NCBI GenBank assembly: GCA_046726475.1
Contig: JBKPAO010000050.1
Span: 103 to 64,102 of the forward strand
DNA: 64,000 bases
Direction: 5' to 3'
From: Gemmatimonadota bacterium
GTDB lineage: Bacteria; Gemmatimonadota; Gemmatimonadetes; Gemmatimonadales; GWC2-71-9
Part shown: positions 18,497 through 27,412 of the stretch, piece after piece
Position numbering within the stretch: position 1 is the first letter of the stretch
Layout of the letters: every line of letters starts with the position of its first letter
Translations under genes and position numbers: made by a program
Notes under the pieces: generated by a model
Database searches by the model: none
Seen by the model: only the letters and a program-made list of their open reading frames with translations
What the model was told of the DNA's origin: nothing

Positions 18497-20031
18497 TGCT
18501 GCACGACGCTGCGGAGCATCAGACTGCCCACCTCGCTCCGAGAAGCTCCGGGAGGAACCTCTTTCAGAGTGCCCTGCACGACGACCACAATTCGATGGGC
18601 CAGCGAGAGGACCTCGTCCAAATCACTGGAATGGAAGAGAACCGCCGCCCCGCGTTCGGCCGCCGCCCGAAGTCGGCCTTGGATAGCCGCCGCTGCCCTG
18701 ACGTCCAGACCACGCGTGGGATTTTCGGCGACGATCACCAGTGGATTCCGGGCAAGCTCCCGGGCGACCACGAGCTTCTGCTGGTTGCCACCACTGAGCG
18801 ACACCGCCTTCGCGGTTGGGCCGTTGGCGGATATCCCATACTCCTCGAGCAACTGCGAGGTCTGGGCTCGCGCCAGGCTCCACTGAATTCTGTTCCGCTG
18901 CAGCCACGGCGCTCCCGCCCTGGAGCCGAGCACCACGTTTTCAGTAAGCGTGAGCTCCGGAACCAGCCCCTCGGTCGACCGATCCTCGGGAATGAAACCG
19001 ACGGGATGTGCCACCTCCACCTTGCCACGGAGCGGCATGATCCGGCCGGCCACGGCGCGCAGCAACTCCCGTTGTCCGTTTCCCTCCACTGCAGCCAGTC
19101 CTACGATCTCCCCCGGATGCACAGCAAGCGTCGCCGGACGTACCGCGATGCCGTACCCGCTTTCCCGAGATACCTCCACCGCGTGGAGTCGAACGAGCGG
19201 CGTGCCGGACCCTGTTCGACCGATCTGCGCCGAGCCGCGGCTCGACATAAACGGCAGATCGCGGCTCGCGCCGATCATCGCTCGAGCAAGCGATTCCACC
19301 GTCTGAGTAGCCGGGGTTCCGGTATAGGTCACCAGGCCCTGCCGCAGAACGGTGACCCGGTCGGCGGCTCGCAGCGCTTCATCCAGCTTATGAGTTATGA
19401 GCACGGCAGAGCCACCCTGGCTGGTGAAGTTCCTTATTACAGCCAGTAGTTCTTCCGCTTCAGCGGGCGCTAACACTGCGGTTGGCTCGTCCAGGAGGAG
19501 AATGCGGACATCGGTGGCGAGGGCCTTCACGATTTCCAGTCGTTGTTTCAGGGCGACCGACAACCGCCCCGCTCGCTGATCAGGATCGAGGGGAAGCCCC
19601 ACCCGTTCGGACGCGGAGCGGGCCCGTTCCCTGAGATCTCGGGGCGGTGCTGACCAGCCGGCGAAGAGCGCTATGTTCTCGGCGACCGTCATGGCGGGGA
19701 CTGCGGTGAAGTGCTGGTGAACCATCCCTATGCCGAGCTCCCGGGCGGCTCGCGGAGAGGAAATCGACCGTGCAGTACCGTAGGCGCGGACTTCTCCCGC
19801 ATCCCGCCGTACCAGCCCGTTGGCCACGTACATGAGGGTAGACTTTCCCGCACCGTTTTCGCCGAGCAAGGCGTGGAGCTCTCCCGCGCCAAGTGAAAAA
19901 TCGGCTCCGCGCAACGCTTGCACGGAGCCGAATCGCTTCTGAATGCCGACGAGCTCGAGGGCCGGTGGCACCACCTCAGAGTCCGGTAGGATGGTCGTGG
20001 AAGTCCCAGTCGAGATCGAATCGCTCGGCAA
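18493..20031 (-). CDS. ABC transporter ATP-binding protein, tandem ATPase domains (sugar/nucleoside type)
   Basis: Walker A GENGAGKST, signature LSVALKQR/LSGGNQQK, and Walker B LLLDEPT. There are two nucleotide-binding domains. Confidence 0.85.
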   Translation of the reverse strand: MPSDSISTGTSTTILPDSEVVPPALELVGIQKRFGSVQALRGADFSLGAGELHALLGENGAGKSTLMYVANGLVRRDAGEVRAYGTARSISSPRAARELGIGMVHQHFTAVPAMTVAENIALFAGWSAPPRDLRERARSASERVGLPLDPDQRAGRLSVALKQRLEIVKALATDVRILLLDEPTAVLAPAEAEELLAVIRNFTSQGGSAVLITHKLDEALRAADRVTVLRQGLVTYTGTPATQTVESLARAMIGASRDLPFMSSRGSAQIGRTGSGTPLVRLHAVEVSRESGYGIAVRPATLAVHPGEIVGLAAVEGNGQRELLRAVAGRIMPLRGKVEVAHPVGFIPEDRSTEGLVPELTLTENVVLGSRAGAPWLQRNRIQWSLARAQTSQLLEEYGISANGPTAKAVSLSGGNQQKLVVARELARNPLVIVAENPTRGLDVRAAAAIQGRLRAAAERGAAVLFHSSDLDEVLSLAHRIVVVVQGTLKEVPPGASRSEVGSLMLRSVVQQ

Positions 20032-20773
20032 CGTGCGAGGCCAGGGCCTGAACCCCTAGCGTTTCGGTGGCGTAATGGCCGGCGTAAATGACATTGAGGC
20101 CCCACTCCATCGCATCGAAATAGGTGTGATGGGGACCTTCACCGGTTATGAAGGTGTCGAGACCGGCATCTCGTGCCGCGGCGATCATGTTGCCCGCACC
20201 GCCACTGATGATCCCAATCCGCGTCGGCCGCTCGGGGCCGCCGGGGATCAGAGTGGCACTGCCTTTGAGCGTGTGCAACACGCGATCCAGCTCCAGTGCG
20301 ACCGACTCGCGGGAAGGTAGACTCCCGGGAGCGTGCCCCCAAACGCCTATTGTGTGGCCGCGGTAGCTTCCGAACCACCCTTCGACCTCGATTCCCAGCC
20401 GCTCGGCCAGCACAGCGTTGTTTCCTACCTCAGGGTGAACATCCAGAGGGATATGAGCTGCATACACCGGGATATCATGATCCACGAGGGCAGCCACCCT
20501 GCGGTACCGTCGTCCGGTCAAAGGAACGTTGCCATCCCAGAGTAAGCCGTGGTGGACCAGCAGAAGTGGAGACAATTGGTCTGGCTCCAACCCGGCGATC
20601 ACCCCATCGATGGTTGCCTGGGAAGCGTCCACCGCGGCCACGACAGCACCGACCCGTCCCCGATTCTCCACCTGAAGCCCGTTGACTGCATTGGCCTCGT
20701 CAGGGATCTCCCTGATTCGGAGATATTCATCGAGATAGCGGGTTAGTTCGCTCAGCGAGACGCCGGTGCTCAC
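19976..20773 (-). CDS. Nif3-like dinuclear metal centre protein (YbgI/YqfO family)
   Basis: LLLVHHGLLW and the C-terminal GHYATE motif. The GTG start overlaps the stop of the BMP gene (GTGA). Confidence 0.8.
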   Translation of the reverse strand: MSTGVSLSELTRYLDEYLRIREIPDEANAVNGLQVENRGRVGAVVAAVDASQATIDGVIAGLEPDQLSPLLLVHHGLLWDGNVPLTGRRYRRVAALVDHDIPVYAAHIPLDVHPEVGNNAVLAERLGIEVEGWFGSYRGHTIGVWGHAPGSLPSRESVALELDRVLHTLKGSATLIPGGPERPTRIGIISGGAGNMIAAARDAGLDTFITGEGPHHTYFDAMEWGLNVIYAGHYATETLGVQALASHVAERFDLDWDFHDHPTGL

Positions 20774-21825
20774 GTGCGAAGTGCGGTACTTCGGGATTCT
20801 TGGGGAGCCCGCGCCTCCATGGTTCCCGGTCGAGGTGCGGCAACCAGAGTGCCCTGGGCGATAGAGTCCGCCGCGGCCCTCATTCGCTCCTGTAAGGAAG
20901 CGGGAACCAGCTTCGTTAGGGCGGGGTTCGCAACATACTTCACGACCTCACTCTTGAGTCCAAAGACCTCGAGGTGAGGTACGAAGCTACCTTGCTTCAC
21001 CTCCTCGGCAACCAGGAGGAAAGCATGGGGCAGATCGATGACGGCGCTGCCGGGGACATGACCAGGGGCAAGACTGGACTGATCGGTGTTTGCGCCGAAG
21101 ACATAAACACCGGCATGCTGCTTGACAGCCTGGAATAGGCCAAGCGCGGCGGCATCCGCATTATGGTGAAAGACATCAGCCCCCGCGTCTATCAGCGCGA
21201 GGGCTGCTTCGCGGCCTGCCGCGGCATCGTCGAAACTGTTCAGGTACACTGCCCGGCTCTGGGCCCTCGGATTTACCGCTTTGGCCCCATTCAGCCAGCC
21301 CTGGTAAGCCGCCTTGATGGGAGGAAGCTCAATTCCGCCGATGAACCCGAGAATGTTGGTCTTGGTGAGCTGGCCGGCCACCATGCCGGCCAAGTAGCTC
21401 GCCTCCTCCAGTCTAAAGATCAGCGGAGAGACGTTCAGGCGAGTTCGGCGACCTGACGTCACAATGAAGACAGTATGGGGGTAGTCCTCGGACACTCGTT
21501 CGGCAAGGTCCTGGAACTCGAACCCATGGGCAAAAACCAGATCGTACCCCTGGGCGGCGTAGGCCCGCAGCGCTTCGTTTTGCGCTGCTGGCGTTCTGGC
21601 CTCGACGTGGCTGACGTGGACTTTGAGCGAGTCGCGGATCCGGAGCAACCCTTGGTATGCCCCGGAATTCCAGGCTGCATCCGCCACGGATCCCGGCGTT
21701 ACCAAGCCGACCTTGATGCCGCTTTTTGAGTGGGTAGTACAGCCGACTGCTGCCATCAAGGCAGCAGCATAGGGCCAGCTAATACCAAGAGCACGCTTAG
21801 GGCGGAGGAGTGCGAGAATTTGCAC
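20770..21825 (-). CDS. BMP family (Med/PnrA-like) ABC substrate-binding lipoprotein
   Basis: BMP-fold sequence. A GTG at 21825 gives the signal peptide VQILALLRPKRALGISWPYAAALMAAVGC with a lipobox-like AVGC. The longer track ORF would overlap the bactofilin gene. Confidence 0.8.
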   Translation of the reverse strand: MQILALLRPKRALGISWPYAAALMAAVGCTTHSKSGIKVGLVTPGSVADAAWNSGAYQGLLRIRDSLKVHVSHVEARTPAAQNEALRAYAAQGYDLVFAHGFEFQDLAERVSEDYPHTVFIVTSGRRTRLNVSPLIFRLEEASYLAGMVAGQLTKTNILGFIGGIELPPIKAAYQGWLNGAKAVNPRAQSRAVYLNSFDDAAAGREAALALIDAGADVFHHNADAAALGLFQAVKQHAGVYVFGANTDQSSLAPGHVPGSAVIDLPHAFLLVAEEVKQGSFVPHLEVFGLKSEVVKYVANPALTKLVPASLQERMRAAADSIAQGTLVAAPRPGTMEARAPQESRSTALRT

Positions 21826-21883
21826 CGTATGGCGTGGTAAGGACAAAGTCAAAGTTTTATTGTCCACACACTTAGCCGAATTT

Positions 21884-22306
21884 TCAACTATTGTGGGAAC
21901 TTCCGACCGGCTCACCTGCCGCTTTAACGTCCATTTTGACCTCGCCGGTGATCCTAGCACCCTCAACAATAGAGATTCGGGGCGTGAGAATGTCGCCGGC
22001 CACCATGGCGGTCGCCTGCAGCTCCACCCTTTCCCGGGCGTGGATCGCTCCACTGATTTGCCCGGAGATGACGGCCTCCTGGGTGTGTAGGTCGCCCTCG
22101 ATTACGGCACCTTGAGCCACCAATACCTGAGACCCAACCCTAACGGTCCCGCGGACTCGCCCTTCGATTCGGACCACCCCTTCTGTCTCCAAGTCACCGA
22201 TCACTGTCATGTCGCTGGCAATGATTGAGAAGGGTATCTGGTCCGTACGTCTGCGCTTCAGCTCGTTTCCTTGATCATCGCGAGCCGGACTCGAGAAGAT
22301 GCCCAT
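21884..22306 (-). CDS. Bactofilin family cytoskeletal protein
   Basis: Repetitive beta-helix pattern (G.V.I.G...G.V....V.V...G.V.GD) and a disordered N-terminus. Confidence 0.85.
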   Translation of the reverse strand: MGIFSSPARDDQGNELKRRRTDQIPFSIIASDMTVIGDLETEGVVRIEGRVRGTVRVGSQVLVAQGAVIEGDLHTQEAVISGQISGAIHARERVELQATAMVAGDILTPRISIVEGARITGEVKMDVKAAGEPVGSSHNS

Positions 22307-23103
22307 TAGCGGCCCTCCCTTACCATTGTCAAAGGATCCAGCGAGAGCCCGCGCTGACGAATTTCGAAGTGAAGGTGCGGTGCCGTGGATCGCCCGCTGT
22401 TCCCAGTGAGGCCGATGACTTGGCCAGATTCCACTGTCACATTTGGTGTCACTAAGATGCGTGAGAGGTGGCCGTACATGGATTGGTATTCCTCCGAATG
22501 GTCGAGCAACACGTACAACCCGTACTCGGGATCCTCGCCAGCTTGGGCAACAGTCGCGCCGCCGGAGGCCCGCACCAAGCTCCCTATGGCCACTGCGATA
22601 TCGATCCCAGGATGGGCTTCGTCCCTACCCCCAGCCTTAACCTGCCCCCGCGTGATGTAACCCGACTCCTCGAGTGGCCAGTGTCGCGGAGTGGATATCC
22701 CAGGCTCGGCTGATACCACCGCCGCTAGACGGGCCCGAATGGGAGGCGCAACCGGAAGTTGGGAGGATTTCGAGACCGGATCCCGAACAATACCACCGCC
22801 CATCATCTGCCGGACCTGGGCGTACCGGGACTCGGCGCTGTCCACCGCCGCAGAAAGCTCGCGCACCCGGGTGTTTTCCGCTCGGAGTCGCCCCAGCTCC
22901 CGCTCCATCCCAGGGACCCGCGCCGCGGCTCGCACCAAAGGACCATACAGGGCGGTGATGATCAACAGCAAAAACGCCGCAGAGCCTAGCAACCACGCAC
23001 CTGCCCTAACAGTCCAGATCGGGAGACGGATGCTGCGCGTCCTGGTCGTTCCATCCCGCTGGATCACGATGGTGATGGAACGTGAACGCTTCCGCTTCTT
23101 CAT
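22306..23103 (-). CDS. M23 family (LytM-type) metallopeptidase with an N-terminal TM/coiled-coil region
   Basis: HPGIDIA...GHL...GNSGRSTAPHLHFEIR, which is the HxxxD and HxH zinc-ligand pattern. Confidence 0.85.
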   Translation of the reverse strand: MKKRKRSRSITIVIQRDGTTRTRSIRLPIWTVRAGAWLLGSAAFLLLIITALYGPLVRAAARVPGMERELGRLRAENTRVRELSAAVDSAESRYAQVRQMMGGGIVRDPVSKSSQLPVAPPIRARLAAVVSAEPGISTPRHWPLEESGYITRGQVKAGGRDEAHPGIDIAVAIGSLVRASGGATVAQAGEDPEYGLYVLLDHSEEYQSMYGHLSRILVTPNVTVESGQVIGLTGNSGRSTAPHLHFEIRQRGLSLDPLTMVREGR

Positions 23104-23993
23104 CCTGCGAAAGGCTCACCCAGGATCAGCTCCAGCACTCGGGCCAGATCGTCGTTGGAGTAGTAGCTGATGCTCAGATACCCGCGCCCGCGGCGGCGAG
23201 CGGTGACGCGTACATCCGTTCCCAATCGCTTACGCAGGGCATCCTCTACCCGACGGACATCGGCGGTTGCCATCTTCTGCGGAGCTCGAGGGCGTCCTTC
23301 GGGACTACTGACAGCAGCAGGGGAAGCGGCCACATCCCGGGTCCGCGTCTCCAACTCTCGGACCGACCATTGCTGGTCAACCGCCTCGTTGGCTAACGCG
23401 ATCATCGCGGTCTCATTGGAGACCGCCAGCAGCGCACGCGCGTGGCCTTCCGAGAGCTTTGCGTCCTGGATCAGCGATTTGATAGGGTCAGGCAGGCGAA
23501 GCAGACGGAGGAGATTGGCCACGGTCGAGCGATCCCGTCCCACTAATCTCGCAACTTCAGCTTGCCCCAGCTTAAACTCGTCCGTGAGTCGCTGATATCC
23601 GGCCGCTTCATCGATCGCCGTCAGGTCGTCCCGCTGAAGGTTTTCGATGAGTGCAAGGGTCAGCAGCGTCTTGTCGTCTGCTTCTTTTATTACCGCCGGA
23701 ATTTTGGACCACCCCAACCGTTGTACCGCCCGCCAGCGGCGCTCGCCCGCGATCAACTCGTATTTCCCGTTCCGGGGCCGCACGACGACTGGCTGGAGTA
23801 GCCCGGAAGCCTCGATCGAGGCGGTGAGCTCGACCATCTCCGCTTCATTTATATGAGAGCGGGGCTGCAGTGGGTTCGGAACGATGTGATTCACCGGCAA
23901 CTCCCGCAGAGCGCCGGCCGCTTCCGCCTGCTCCCGGGAAACGGAGCCCAGCAGCGCCTCGAGTCCTCGTCCCAGCCGTTTGGTTTCAGTCAT
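23100..23993 (-). CDS. parB: Chromosome partitioning protein ParB/Spo0J
   Basis: RLGRGLEALLG and the GERRWRA arginine patch, plus an HTH region. Confidence 0.9.
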   Translation of the reverse strand: MTETKRLGRGLEALLGSVSREQAEAAGALRELPVNHIVPNPLQPRSHINEAEMVELTASIEASGLLQPVVVRPRNGKYELIAGERRWRAVQRLGWSKIPAVIKEADDKTLLTLALIENLQRDDLTAIDEAAGYQRLTDEFKLGQAEVARLVGRDRSTVANLLRLLRLPDPIKSLIQDAKLSEGHARALLAVSNETAMIALANEAVDQQWSVRELETRTRDVAASPAAVSSPEGRPRAPQKMATADVRRVEDALRKRLGTDVRVTARRRGRGYLSISYYSNDDLARVLELILGEPFAG

Positions 23994-24909
23994 GAGTGGT
24001 CACCTCGGGAAGGGGAACGCGTGCATCCTCGTGCGGGACGGGTGCATCCTCGAGTGGGGACGAGTCCGACAGATGGGCTGGCTCTACTTCAGTGTGCGGC
24101 TCTGCGACTGGAGCTGCTCGCTGTTCAATTGTTACCGTGGGATTTTCGACCCGGCGAAGGAGCTCCTGGGCAACCGCCAGGTAGCTCTTGGCTCCCACGG
24201 AGTGCACGTCGTAGAGGAGAATCGGTTTTCCGAAGCTTGGGGCTTCGGCCAGGCGCACGTTGCGCGGGATCGGTGTCCCAAAAACCTTGGCCCCAAAGTA
24301 CTCTTTAGCGTCCTCCGCAACCTGGCGGCACAGGTTTAATCGAGCATCATACATGGTGAGCAGCACGCCGGTGATGGCCAAACCAGGGTTGAAATTTTGC
24401 TGCACTAACCTGACAGTGTTAAGAAGCTGTGAGATCCCTTCCAACCCATAGTACTCGCATTGAATAGGGATCAAGACGGCGTTCGCTGCGGCGAGGACGT
24501 TAAGCGTTAATAACCCCAACGATGGAGGACAGTCAACCACGATGTAATCGTATCTATCTTGAAGTGGATCAAGGAGTTGCCGTAAAATCGCTTCTCGACT
24601 GCTTCGCTCTACCAATTGGAGTTCCGCTCCTACCAGGTCTTGAGTAGCCGGAAGTACCGAGAGAAAGGGCAGCACGGAGATGGGTACGATCGATTCTTCT
24701 GCTGGCCTTTCTTCCACAAGCGCATCGTAGAGCGAAAGCTCTACGGTTTCCTTGGCAATACCCACTCCGCTCGTCGCGTTGCCCTGAGGATCTGCATCTA
24801 ACAGCAGCGTCCTCCGCTCCGCGATCGCGAGAGACGCCGCCAGATTCACTGCGGTAGTTGTCTTCCCCACACCACCCTTCTGGTTCGCGATTGCTATGAC
24901 ATGAGCCAT
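23986..24909 (-). CDS. parA: Chromosome partitioning ATPase ParA/Soj with a roughly 55-aa acidic, proline-rich C-terminal tail
   Basis: Deviant Walker A NQKGGVGKTTT. The start was set at MAHVIAIANQ. The tail is RVENPTVTIEQRAAPVAEPHTEVEPAHLSDSSPLEDAPVPHEDARVPLPEVTTHD. Confidence 0.9.
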   Translation of the reverse strand: MAHVIAIANQKGGVGKTTTAVNLAASLAIAERRTLLLDADPQGNATSGVGIAKETVELSLYDALVEERPAEESIVPISVLPFLSVLPATQDLVGAELQLVERSSREAILRQLLDPLQDRYDYIVVDCPPSLGLLTLNVLAAANAVLIPIQCEYYGLEGISQLLNTVRLVQQNFNPGLAITGVLLTMYDARLNLCRQVAEDAKEYFGAKVFGTPIPRNVRLAEAPSFGKPILLYDVHSVGAKSYLAVAQELLRRVENPTVTIEQRAAPVAEPHTEVEPAHLSDSSPLEDAPVPHEDARVPLPEVTTHD

Positions 24910-25181
24910 AGAGGCCTTGTGCTTTGGAGGTGTTCTTGCAAGAAAAGCCGTCGGAACTGACCGGTCTCTAGAAAATGAAGCGAGTGACAGGGGAGGTCCG
25001 CCTCTCAGCGGCCCGCACGAATATAGGACGTTGACTCCTGGGTGCAATATTTTTCTGTCGACGAGTTTCACAAAACGTGCGACGATAATAGCCCTGTTAC
25101 GAAAGAACCCCCAGGCTCGGCGGAAAGACCCGGTAAGTTGCGGACTTCTGGGGAAGCGGGGTCTACAGGAGGCGAGAATTT

Positions 25182-25197
25182 CGTTTCACGTGAAACA
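25182..25197. promoter_or_regulatory. parS: parS centromere-like site 1 (cGTTTCACGTGAAACA)
   Basis: Matches 15 of 16 positions of the canonical parS palindrome TGTTNCACGTGAAACA. It is intergenic between parA and mnmG. Confidence 0.8.
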
Positions 25198-25211
25198 GCT
25201 CAGGCTTGAGC

Positions 25212-27095
25212 TCAGGTTTCACGTGAAACACCGTCCGGTGATGAGCCACGATGCTTCAGCACTTCGACGACCAGATTTTGGAGGTCACTTGGCGACACCC
25301 CAGGGATTCGGCTCGCCAGTCCCAGGGACTCCGGCTGGATTGCTTGGAGTTTCTCCCTTGCCTCAAATGACATCGCCTGCACTCGGCGATAATCGAAGCC
25401 ATCGGGCAAACGGAATCCATCCATCTGACTAATTCTTTCAGCCGCAGCTCGCTCCCTCGCCAGATACCCCCAGTACTTGAATTCGATGTTCGCCCAGTCG
25501 GTATCCTCCTTCCGATACCGGATTTCAGCTGCATCGAGCAGCTCGTAGAGTGGTACCTCTGGCCGCCGGGCAAGATCAGCCAAGCGCATGGAATCGCGTA
25601 TCTGAGTAGATCCTTTGGAGCCGAGCAGCGAGTTCACTCGCTCCGGATCAATCGGCGTGACCGTCGCCAAGGCCAGGATCTCGTTCTCAGCTGCAAGGCG
25701 ATCTTCCGCCACGCGCTGCTCCTCGTCGCTCAGCAGCCCCAGTCTTTGAGCCATCAGGTAGAGGCGCCGAAGAGCATTATCCTGCCGGAGCAGGAGGCGG
25801 TATTCCGATCGTGACGTGAAGAGACGGTATGGTTCATCCACTCCTCGACTCACAAGATCGTCGATCAGTACTCCGATATATGCTTGATCTCGCCCAACGA
25901 CGACCTGCTCCTCCCCGAGGGCGTGTCCCGCGGCATTTAGGCCGGCCACCACTCCTTGGGCCGCTGCCTCTTCATAGCCGGTGGTCCCGTTGACTTGCCC
26001 CGCCAAGTAAAGCCCGCCTATAGCCCTGGTTTCCAGGGTAGGACGGAGTTGCTCGGGAGGGAAGTAGTCGTACTCGATGGCATAACCGGAGCGGGTCATT
26101 CTGACCTGCTCAAGACCAGGTACACTCCTCAAGAAATCCAGCTGAACGTTGGGCGGTAGTGAAGTGGAGAGGCCATTTACATACATCTCAGAGGTGTCCA
26201 ATCCCTCAGGCTCCAGGAAGACCTGGTGCCGCTTGGCATCTGGGAATTTCACAACCTTGTCTTCAATCGACGGGCAATAGCGCGGACCACGACCGCTGAT
26301 CGCACCTCCATAAAGGGCCGACCTACTCAGATGCTGGCGGACTATCTCCCTGAGCCTGTCTCCGGTGTAGGTCAAATAACAGGGGCGTTGCTCGGGCTTT
26401 GCTGCCTTGTGGTAAAACGAGAACCAGAATGGATCCGGATCTCCAGTTTGAATCTGCATGGCCGCGAAGTTTACCGTTCGGCCATCTATCCTCGGCGGAG
26501 TGCCGGTCTTGAACCGGCGAGTTTGTAGGCCAGCTGCCTCCAAAGCTTCCGCGATTTCCAAGGCCGGTGCTTCGCCGGCACGACCAGCTGGAATCGAAGC
26601 TTCGAGACCTTGGTGAATCCTCCCTCTCAAAAATGTCCCTGTGGTAAGTACTAGTGCCCGGGCACCATAAATGATGCCATCAACAGTAATGACACCGTCC
26701 AGACCGTTTCTGGTCACTGATAGCTTGGCTACAGTCCCCTGTCGCAGGTCCAGAAGAGGAAGACGTTCAAGCAGCGCTCGAACTGCTCGACGATACAGGG
26801 TTCGGTCACACTGGGCTCTCGGTGACCACACAGCTGGACCCTTGGATCGGTTGAGCATTCGAAACTGGATGCAAGCAAGATCGGTTGCCCGCCCCATGAT
26901 TCCGCCGAGCGCGTCGACTTCGCGAACGATAGTTCCCTTGGCGACTCCACCGATAGCCGGGTTGCACGACATCTGGCCGACGGTGTCCAGGTTCTGCGTA
27001 AGAAGGAGAGTGCGGGCTCCTCGCCGAGCCGCCATTGCCGCTGCTTCGGTTCCAGCGTGACCGCCACCGATGACAATCACATCGTACTGGTCCAT
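25212..27095 (-). CDS. mnmG: tRNA uridine 5-carboxymethylaminomethyl modification enzyme MnmG (GidA)
   Basis: N-terminal YDVIVIGGGHAGTEAA and full-length similarity to GidA. Confidence 0.95.
   Translation of the reverse strand: MDQYDVIVIGGGHAGTEAAAMAARRGARTLLLTQNLDTVGQMSCNPAIGGVAKGTIVREVDALGGIMGRATDLACIQFRMLNRSKGPAVWSPRAQCDRTLYRRAVRALLERLPLLDLRQGTVAKLSVTRNGLDGVITVDGIIYGARALVLTTGTFLRGRIHQGLEASIPAGRAGEAPALEIAEALEAAGLQTRRFKTGTPPRIDGRTVNFAAMQIQTGDPDPFWFSFYHKAAKPEQRPCYLTYTGDRLREIVRQHLSRSALYGGAISGRGPRYCPSIEDKVVKFPDAKRHQVFLEPEGLDTSEMYVNGLSTSLPPNVQLDFLRSVPGLEQVRMTRSGYAIEYDYFPPEQLRPTLETRAIGGLYLAGQVNGTTGYEEAAAQGVVAGLNAAGHALGEEQVVVGRDQAYIGVLIDDLVSRGVDEPYRLFTSRSEYRLLLRQDNALRRLYLMAQRLGLLSDEEQRVAEDRLAAENEILALATVTPIDPERVNSLLGSKGSTQIRDSMRLADLARRPEVPLYELLDAAEIRYRKEDTDWANIEFKYWGYLARERAAAERISQMDGFRLPDGFDYRRVQAMSFEAREKLQAIQPESLGLASRIPGVSPSDLQNLVVEVLKHRGSSPDGVSRET
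25215..25230. promoter_or_regulatory. parS: parS centromere-like site 2 (gGTTTCACGTGAAACA)
   Basis: Matches 15 of 16 positions of canonical parS and lies 33 nt from site 1. It overlaps the last codons and stop of mnmG (...GVSRET*). Confidence 0.8.
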
Positions 27096-27116
27096 GGTAG
27101 TTCTAGCGCTGATAGG

Positions 27117-27401
27117 TCACGAGATGTCGCTGAGGCGGGTAATCCGCACGACTTGTTCTGCGGGAACCACTACATGCTTGTGTTCGCTTGCGACGCCGAA
27201 TTTCGCGCACCTCCGTAGATACTCGTCTTTCGACACATGGGCCGCTGCGGTCGGCCCATGTGAACCAGCGTCGAGCAAGTGAATCCCACGCTGGTCCTCT
27301 ACGTCGTACCGGCCGACATAGGTGCGCTCGTCGCTCGTTTCTACCACAACCGTGATGCCGTGAAGCGGGGCATGCCCTGGATGAAATACGGGTCCGGTCA
27401 T
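27117..27401 (-). CDS. Hypothetical small protein (94 aa)
   Basis: Compact ORF in the gap between brx and mnmG with coding-like codon usage. I recognise no domain. Confidence 0.45.
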   Translation of the reverse strand: MTGPVFHPGHAPLHGITVVVETSDERTYVGRYDVEDQRGIHLLDAGSHGPTAAAHVSKDEYLRRCAKFGVASEHKHVVVPAEQVVRITRLSDIS

Positions 27402-27412
27402 CTAGTGGCCCT

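Noticed and set aside
27117-27401. An Sm/Hfq-like assignment for the 94-aa protein between mnmG and brx.
   Set aside because: I have only a vague impression of a beta-rich small protein and cannot identify Sm1 or Sm2 motifs. It is left as hypothetical.
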